A stretch of DNA of 64,000 nt, from NCBI GenBank assembly GCA_020637195.1, contig JACJWK010000010.1, positions 1,674-65,673 on the forward strand, written 5' to 3'. This document shows positions 56,952 through 64,000 of this stretch, piece by piece. Source of the stretch: Microthrixaceae bacterium. Lineage in GTDB: Bacteria; Actinomycetota; Acidimicrobiia; Acidimicrobiales; DATDAH01. The notes under the pieces are model-generated. The model worked only from the letters and a program-made list of their open reading frames with translations. It was not told the origin of the DNA and made no database searches. The stretch's first letter is position 1. Each line of letters opens with the position of its first letter. The position numbers and the translations under genes are program-made.

Positions 56952-57662
56952 TCACACCACGACGAGGTCACGCAGCTCGGCCAGCTTGGCGTCGCCGATG
57001 CCCCGCACGTCGAGCAGCTGATCGACCGAGGTGAAGGGCCCGTGCTCGGCGCGGTGGTCCAAGATGGCCTGCGCCGTCGCCGGGCCGACGCCGGGCAGGG
57101 TGTCGAGCTGCTCGAGCGTGGCGGTGTTGAGGTTCACCGGTTGGCCGGCCGTGCCGGCCGGGTCGCCGGACGGCCCGCCCCCGCCCGCGCCGGTGGCGCC
57201 GACCGCCACCGGGGGCACGGTCTGGCCGACCGCGGGGACGAACACCCGCTCGCCGTCGACCACCGGCGCGGCGAAGTTGATCCGGGCCCGGTCCGCCCGC
57301 TCGGTCAACCCGCCCGCGGCCGCCACGACGTCCGCGATGCGCGCGCCGGTGGGCACCTCCTGCACCCCGGGCCGCCGCACCTCGCCCAGGACGTCCACCA
57401 CGAGCACGCCGGGCGGCGCGGTGGTGGCGACCGGGGACGGGCCGGCCGTGGTCGACGCCCGGGGCAGGGTCAGCTCGGGATCGGGGGCCGCGGGACGGGG
57501 CCACAGGACGAGCAGTGCCAGGGCCGCGGCGGCGGTCAGGGCGAGGCCGGCGAGGAGCCGGGGCGCGGTCACGCCACCGGTGAGCTCGTCCAGTCGGTCT
57601 CGCAGACCGAGGCGGGCCGGCGGGCGCGTGGGGTCGCCGAACGGCGCGACGGGATCGGGCAT
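56952..57662 (-). CDS. comEA: ComEA-family DNA receptor (SLBB + helix-hairpin-helix)
   Basis: 'VNLNTATLEQLDTLPGVGPATAQAILDHRAEHGPFTSVDQLLDVRGIGDAKLAEL'. N-terminal TM anchor. Confidence 0.85.
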   Translation of the reverse strand: MPDPVAPFGDPTRPPARLGLRDRLDELTGGVTAPRLLAGLALTAAAALALLVLWPRPAAPDPELTLPRASTTAGPSPVATTAPPGVLVVDVLGEVRRPGVQEVPTGARIADVVAAAGGLTERADRARINFAAPVVDGERVFVPAVGQTVPPVAVGATGAGGGGPSGDPAGTAGQPVNLNTATLEQLDTLPGVGPATAQAILDHRAEHGPFTSVDQLLDVRGIGDAKLAELRDLVVV

Positions 57663-57755
57663 GGGTCCTCCCGGGGAGGGCGGGGCTCGGGAGGGGAAGG
57701 GAGGGCGGGGGCCGGGAGGGGAAGCGAGAGCCAGCCGCCGGCGCCGGCCCGGCGC

Positions 57756-58475
57756 TCAGTACAGCTGGGCGGTGAGCCGCTTACGGTACTCGGCGGTCCG
57801 GGGGTCGTCAGCCCCCATCACGTCGAGCAGGTCCACGTACTCCTGGCGGGCCTCGTCGTCGTGCTTCACCCGGTCGAGCAGCGCGTCGAGGGTGGCGGTC
57901 ACGTCGTCGCCCGTCGGGGCGCCGGTGCGGGCCAAGGCGGCGATCCGGCGGGTCTCGGGCGTCTCGGGGATGCGGGCCAGCAGCGCCAGCGCCTCCTCGG
58001 CGCGGTCGTCGCCGGGCGCCTCCTCCTCGGACACCAGCAACTCGGCCAGGGCCAGCACCGCGGGCTCGTGGCCGGGGTCCAGCTCGAGTGCCTTGCGCAG
58101 CGACGGCTCGTCACCGGCGGCCACGAGCGCGGTCAGCTCGTTCTCCTCGTCGGTCGGCAGCAGGCCCTGGACGAAAGCCGTGACCGCGTCGCGGCCCTGG
58201 GCACCCACGAAGCTGTCCACCACCTGCCCACCCTTCAGGCCGAACACCGCGGGGATCCCCTGGACGCGGAAGGCCTGGGCGACCTGGGGGTTGTCGTCGA
58301 CGTTGACCTTGGCCAGCACCACCTGGCCGCCGGTGGCACCGACCGCCTCCTCCAGGAGCGGCCCGAGCTGCTGGCACGGCCCGCACCAGGGCGCCCACAG
58401 GTCCACCACGACGGGCTGGCTCTGGGACCGCTCGAGGACCTCGGTTCCGAACGTGGCATCGGTGACGTCGACCAT
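57756..58475 (-). CDS. Thioredoxin-domain protein with a C-terminal TPR-like domain (YbbN/CnoX-like co-chaperone)
   Basis: 'VVVDLWAPWCGPCQQLGP' and 'GIPAVFGLKGGQVVDSFVG'. The C-terminal half is helical. Confidence 0.75.
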   Translation of the reverse strand: MVDVTDATFGTEVLERSQSQPVVVDLWAPWCGPCQQLGPLLEEAVGATGGQVVLAKVNVDDNPQVAQAFRVQGIPAVFGLKGGQVVDSFVGAQGRDAVTAFVQGLLPTDEENELTALVAAGDEPSLRKALELDPGHEPAVLALAELLVSEEEAPGDDRAEEALALLARIPETPETRRIAALARTGAPTGDDVTATLDALLDRVKHDDEARQEYVDLLDVMGADDPRTAEYRKRLTAQLY

Positions 58476-58601
58476 GGGCCGTGCAACGACGGGGCCGCGG
58501 CCGGCATTCCCGGTAGGTTGGCCGCGACCGAGTCCTGCGCGAGCGAGTCGCGCAGGCGATCCGGAGCGCGCAACCGAGGACTGCACCGTGGAGAGGGGCC
58601 G

Positions 58602-59639
58602 ATGAGCCACGACGTCGAGGGAGTGGACGCCGAGCGGGTGACCGCGTGGTTCGCCGAGCACGTCCCCGAGGCCGTCGCCCCCCTCACGTTCGACCTGATC
58701 GCGGGCGGCCACTCCAACCTGACCTACCGCGTCGCCGGGGCCGGCGCCGGGGCCTGGGTCCTGCGCCGCCCCCCGCTCGGCCAGGTCCTCGCCACGGCCC
58801 ACGACATGGGACGCGAGCACGCCATCCTCAGCGCCCTCGGCCCCACGGACGTGCCGGTCCCGACCACACGGGGGCTGTGCACGGACGAGGCCGTCAACGG
58901 CGCACCGTTCTACGTCATGGACTTCGTCGACGGCCGGGTGGTGCGCAACGGCGCGCTCGCCCGGGCCCTGACCGACGACCAGCGGGCGACGGCCGGGCGC
59001 TCGGTGGTCGACGTGCTCGCCCGCATCCACGCGGTCGACGTCGACGCGGTCGGCCTCGGCGACCTGGGCCGCAGGCAGGACTACGTCGCCCGCCAGCTGA
59101 AGCGCTGGAACGGGCAGCTCGAGAAGTCCAAGACCCGCGACCTGGCGGTGATGGAGCAGGTGCACGACGAGCTGGCGGCCACCATCCCGGCCCAGCGCCG
59201 CACCGGCATCGTGCACGGCGACTACCGGCTCGACAACTGCCTGCTCGACGACTCCGGTGCCGTCGCCGCGGTCCTCGACTGGGAGATCTGCACCCTGGGC
59301 GACCCCATGGCCGATCTCGGCCTGCTCCTCGTGTACTGGACCGAGCCGGGCGACGAGCACGAGGTGCCGCCGGACGCCCCCACCGCCGTCGGCGGCTTCC
59401 CGAGCCGTGACGAGCTGCTGACCCGGTACGCCGAGGCGTCGGGGGCCGACGTGTCGGGGATCGACTACTTCGTGGCCTTCGGGTACTGGAAGCTGGCCTG
59501 CATCGTCGAGGGCGTGTACGCCCGCTACGTGGGCGGCTCCATGGGCACCAAGGGCTCCGAGCGCGACTTCGAGCCCTTCGCCCGGATGGTCGACGCGTTG
59601 GCCGACGCGGCCGCGGCCGCCCTCGGGCGGACGGGCTGA
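58602..59639 (+). CDS. Phosphotransferase-family protein (APH/choline-kinase fold, acyl-CoA-dehydrogenase-associated type)
   Basis: 'GGHSNLTYRV', 'APFYVMDFVDG' and 'IVHGDYRLDNCLLD...VLDWEICTLGDPMADL'. Confidence 0.75.
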   Translation: MSHDVEGVDAERVTAWFAEHVPEAVAPLTFDLIAGGHSNLTYRVAGAGAGAWVLRRPPLGQVLATAHDMGREHAILSALGPTDVPVPTTRGLCTDEAVNGAPFYVMDFVDGRVVRNGALARALTDDQRATAGRSVVDVLARIHAVDVDAVGLGDLGRRQDYVARQLKRWNGQLEKSKTRDLAVMEQVHDELAATIPAQRRTGIVHGDYRLDNCLLDDSGAVAAVLDWEICTLGDPMADLGLLLVYWTEPGDEHEVPPDAPTAVGGFPSRDELLTRYAEASGADVSGIDYFVAFGYWKLACIVEGVYARYVGGSMGTKGSERDFEPFARMVDALADAAAAALGRTG

Positions 59640-59650
59640 GGGCCGGGCCG

Positions 59651-60532
59651 GTGGCGCTCTACGAGATCCACGAGCGCGTCGAGCTCGACTCGCCCGCGCT
59701 GGTCATGGCCCTCGAGGGCTGGATCGACGCCGGCGGCGGTGCCGCGCGCGCCACCACCGCGCTCACCGACGCGCTCGACTCGGTGCTGCTCGCGTCGTTC
59801 GACGCGGACGCCCTCCTCGACCACCGGGCCCGGCGCCCGATGATGGAGCTCGTCGACGGCGTCAACACGGGGCTCACCTGGCCGGGCATCGAGCTGCGGG
59901 CGGCCACCGACGGCGCCGGGCGCGACCTGCTGCTGCTCGTCGGCGCCGAGCCCGACCACACGTGGCGCGCCTTCAGCGCCGCCGCGGTCGACCTCGCCCT
60001 CGACTTCGGGACGCGCCTCGTCCTCGGCCTCGGCGCCTACCCGGCACCGGTGCCCCACACCCGCCCCACCCTCCTGGCCTCCACCGCCACCTCGCCCGAG
60101 CTCGCGCAACGGGTGGGCTCGATCGGAGGGACGCTCAGCGTGCCGGCCGGCGTGCAGGCGGCCATCGAACGCCAGTGCGCCGAGGTCGGGGTCCCCGCCG
60201 TCGGCCTGTGGGCCCAGGTCCCCCACTACGCCGCCGCGATGCCGTATCCGGCCGCTGCCGCGGCGCTGGTCGACGGCCTGGCCGAGGTCGGCGGGCTCAC
60301 CCTCGACAGCCAGCAGCTCCACGACGAGGCCGCGGCCACGCGGATGCGGCTCGACGCGCTCGTGGCCGAGAGCGACGAGCACCGCGAGCTCGTGGCGCAG
60401 CTCGAGGCCCACGTGGACGCGCAGGCCCGTGGGGAGTGGGTCGAGGGCGACGAGGACGCTCCCCTCGAGCTCCAGTCGGGCGACGAGCTCGCCGCCGAGC
60501 TCGAGCGCTTCCTCCGGGACCAGGACGGCTGA
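59651..60532 (+). CDS. PAC2-family (proteasome-assembly-chaperone-like) protein
   Basis: 'PALVMALEGWIDAGGGAA', 'LLLVGAEPDHTWRAF' and 'VPHYAAAMPYPAAAAALV' match the actinobacterial PAC2 pattern. Confidence 0.6.
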   Translation: MALYEIHERVELDSPALVMALEGWIDAGGGAARATTALTDALDSVLLASFDADALLDHRARRPMMELVDGVNTGLTWPGIELRAATDGAGRDLLLLVGAEPDHTWRAFSAAAVDLALDFGTRLVLGLGAYPAPVPHTRPTLLASTATSPELAQRVGSIGGTLSVPAGVQAAIERQCAEVGVPAVGLWAQVPHYAAAMPYPAAAAALVDGLAEVGGLTLDSQQLHDEAAATRMRLDALVAESDEHRELVAQLEAHVDAQARGEWVEGDEDAPLELQSGDELAAELERFLRDQDG

Positions 60533-60538
60533 TCGGGG

Positions 60539-62248
60539 TCAGCGGGCCGGGGACGGGTACTCCGGCGGCGCCTCGGACTCGGGGGGCTCCTCGTAGATCG
60601 TGACCGCCCCGTCCGGATCGAACAGCCCGAGCGCCTCGTCGGGCCACTCGTCGGGCAGGTATCGGACCCCGCCGTCGACGAACTCGTACATCCCCGCCGC
60701 CACGTCGCCGCGCTCGTCGGGCCCCTCGGCGTCCGGGTTCCACCACACGAGGGTCGTGTCGTCGATGCCGAGCCAGTCGGTGCCCGGCCAGATGCCCTTG
60801 TCGCCCCAGCTGAGCGAGGGCTGGGTGACCGCCGACGGGGTCGGCTGGCCGGCGAAGATGGCGTCGCGGAAGCTCTGGCGGGTCAGGTTCGGGCCGACGC
60901 CCTGGACGACGTTGTAGAAGGTGTTGAGCTGGGCCGAGAGCAGGGCGACCGTGTCGTCCGCCGGTGGCTCCTCGCCGAAGTACCACTCGTAGAGGAAGGC
61001 GCTCCCCTGGGTCGAGGGATCGGTCTTGGCCGCGCCGGTGATGACGCCCATCGCGTGGGCCCACTGCTCCTGGTCGTAGGTGCGGGCGAACACGTTGGTG
61101 TCCACCAGGACCGATGCCGGGGTGATGATCCACTCCGGGAAGTAGTCCTGCGCCGTCGCCTCCCGGGTGAGCTCTCGCGGGGCCACCGGGTCGCCGACGA
61201 AGATCACCGACGTGACCCCGGCGTCTTTGAGCTTGGCGATGACGTTGGGGGCGGAGGTCTGGAGCGTGACCGGGCTGTCGTAGGCGACCTCCTCGGCGAG
61301 CGTGATCCCCTGCTCGTCGAGGCGCTCCTCGAAGGTGTCGAGGGCCTCGTCGGAGTTCTCGATCGAGTCGAGGTACACGAGCCCGAACTGCCGCTCCTGG
61401 TCGGCGAGGTCGTCGCCGGCGAACTCCGCCGGCCGGCCCGCGAGCTGCGAGCCGAGGAACGCCGCCGTGTGGTACTGGCCCTGCTCGTTGTTCATGGTGA
61501 CCGTGAGCAGGTACGGGTCGGCCTCCTCGTAGAAGGACTGCGGCTGGGTCGGGCCGCACTGCAGGCACGAGACCCCCCGGGCGGCGAGCTCCTCCTCGAA
61601 CGCGGCGGTGAGCTGCGGGCCGTTCAGGACCATGAAGGGCGCCAGGTCCTCGGCGATGGCGACTGCGTCGGCCCGGGCGGCGATCTCGTCGTCGGCGGTG
61701 CCCGTGGCCTCGTAGAACTCGAGCTCGACCTCGCGCCCGTAGGTCTCCGCGAAGTGGCCGAAGAACTCGTTGAAGCCCTCGAGGGTGGCCCGGGTGTCCG
61801 CGGCGGTGTCGTTCGAGATGCCCTCGCTGATGAAGTCGATGATCGGGTCCACGTCGGGCGCGAGGTACCAGACCACCTTGATGCGGTCGGCGGTCACCCC
61901 CTCGTCGGTGGCGCCTCCGTTGTCCCCGGTGAACGGGGCGTAGCACTCGGGGGCGAAGAAGCTCGGGTAGGCCACCGTGCCCCGCTCGGTGTCGCAGGTG
62001 TCGGGCCAGTCCACGTCGATGCCCTCGGCCTCGGCCACGCTGAAGGGCAGCACCCCGTCGGGCAGGTCGTCGCCGACGGCACCGGCGCCGGCCGCGGTCG
62101 TCGCGGTGGACGACCCGTCGTCGTCGCCCGAGCTCAACACCAGCGCACCGCCCACGAGGGCGACCACGGCCACGATGGCCACCAACGGCCCCCAGCGGCG
62201 CAGCGCCGACCGCCCTGGACCCGCCCCCGCGTCGCTGCTCGGCAGCAT
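60539..62248 (-). CDS. ABC transporter substrate-binding protein (type-I PBP, Liv-like), unusually long, with an N-terminal membrane anchor/signal
   Basis: ATG 62248 is preceded by GGGGGAG. 'WGPLVAIVAVVALVGGALVLSSG'. It lies immediately downstream of the Liv-type ATPase gene. The family call is mostly by context. Confidence 0.55.
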   Translation of the reverse strand: MLPSSDAGAGPGRSALRRWGPLVAIVAVVALVGGALVLSSGDDDGSSTATTAAGAGAVGDDLPDGVLPFSVAEAEGIDVDWPDTCDTERGTVAYPSFFAPECYAPFTGDNGGATDEGVTADRIKVVWYLAPDVDPIIDFISEGISNDTAADTRATLEGFNEFFGHFAETYGREVELEFYEATGTADDEIAARADAVAIAEDLAPFMVLNGPQLTAAFEEELAARGVSCLQCGPTQPQSFYEEADPYLLTVTMNNEQGQYHTAAFLGSQLAGRPAEFAGDDLADQERQFGLVYLDSIENSDEALDTFEERLDEQGITLAEEVAYDSPVTLQTSAPNVIAKLKDAGVTSVIFVGDPVAPRELTREATAQDYFPEWIITPASVLVDTNVFARTYDQEQWAHAMGVITGAAKTDPSTQGSAFLYEWYFGEEPPADDTVALLSAQLNTFYNVVQGVGPNLTRQSFRDAIFAGQPTPSAVTQPSLSWGDKGIWPGTDWLGIDDTTLVWWNPDAEGPDERGDVAAGMYEFVDGGVRYLPDEWPDEALGLFDPDGAVTIYEEPPESEAPPEYPSPAR

Positions 62249-62300
62249 GGCTCCCCCTGATGTCGCTTCGGGCCGCCCCCCGGCGACCGGTGGCCGGACG

Positions 62301-64000
<1,700 letters not shown>

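Overview
This is a very GC-rich bacterial chromosomal segment (about 70% G+C or more by eye, not computed), with third codon positions almost all G/C. The gene content looks like Actinomycetota; the class cannot be determined from the sequence alone.

Most of the window is a conserved housekeeping backbone. It includes glyQS, ppdK, dnaG and the principal sigma factor, then recO, uppS, era, a CNNM/CorC-type protein, ybeY and phoH. It continues with hemW, rsmE, dnaJ, hrcA, lepA, rpsT, holA, folP and comEC/comEA. There are three tRNA genes (Val-TAC, Met-CAT, Asn-GTT).

Several accessory pockets interrupt this backbone:
1. 38.4-42.7 kb holds a compact pocket: excisionase-type HTH, class-III aminotransferase, Stf0-like sulfotransferase and a translationally coupled radical-SAM/SPASM-like enzyme. 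It sits between phoH and hemW and is my best candidate for an undescribed system.
2. A paralogous radical-SAM ORF at the left edge appears to be a tandem radical-SAM fusion with a PAS-like tail.
3. An HTH plus LAGLIDADG-like ORF abuts a tRNA-Met/tRNA-Asn pair.
4. A four-gene membrane-protein cluster (RDD, RDD, TM2, DUF4190-like) shares small Trp-rich modules.
5. There are two putative Ca-binding repeat proteins: a DxDGDG-repeat acidic protein and a DUF11 x4 + RTX secreted protein.
6. A lipoprotein / alpha-beta hydrolase / Cys-type sulfatase / amidase operon is present.
7. An orphan BY-kinase lies next to hrcA.

No CRISPR array, rRNA, transposase or integrase was seen. All functional calls come from motif recognition by eye. 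Start codons were chosen from frame, SD-like sequence and overlap logic and should be treated as approximate.
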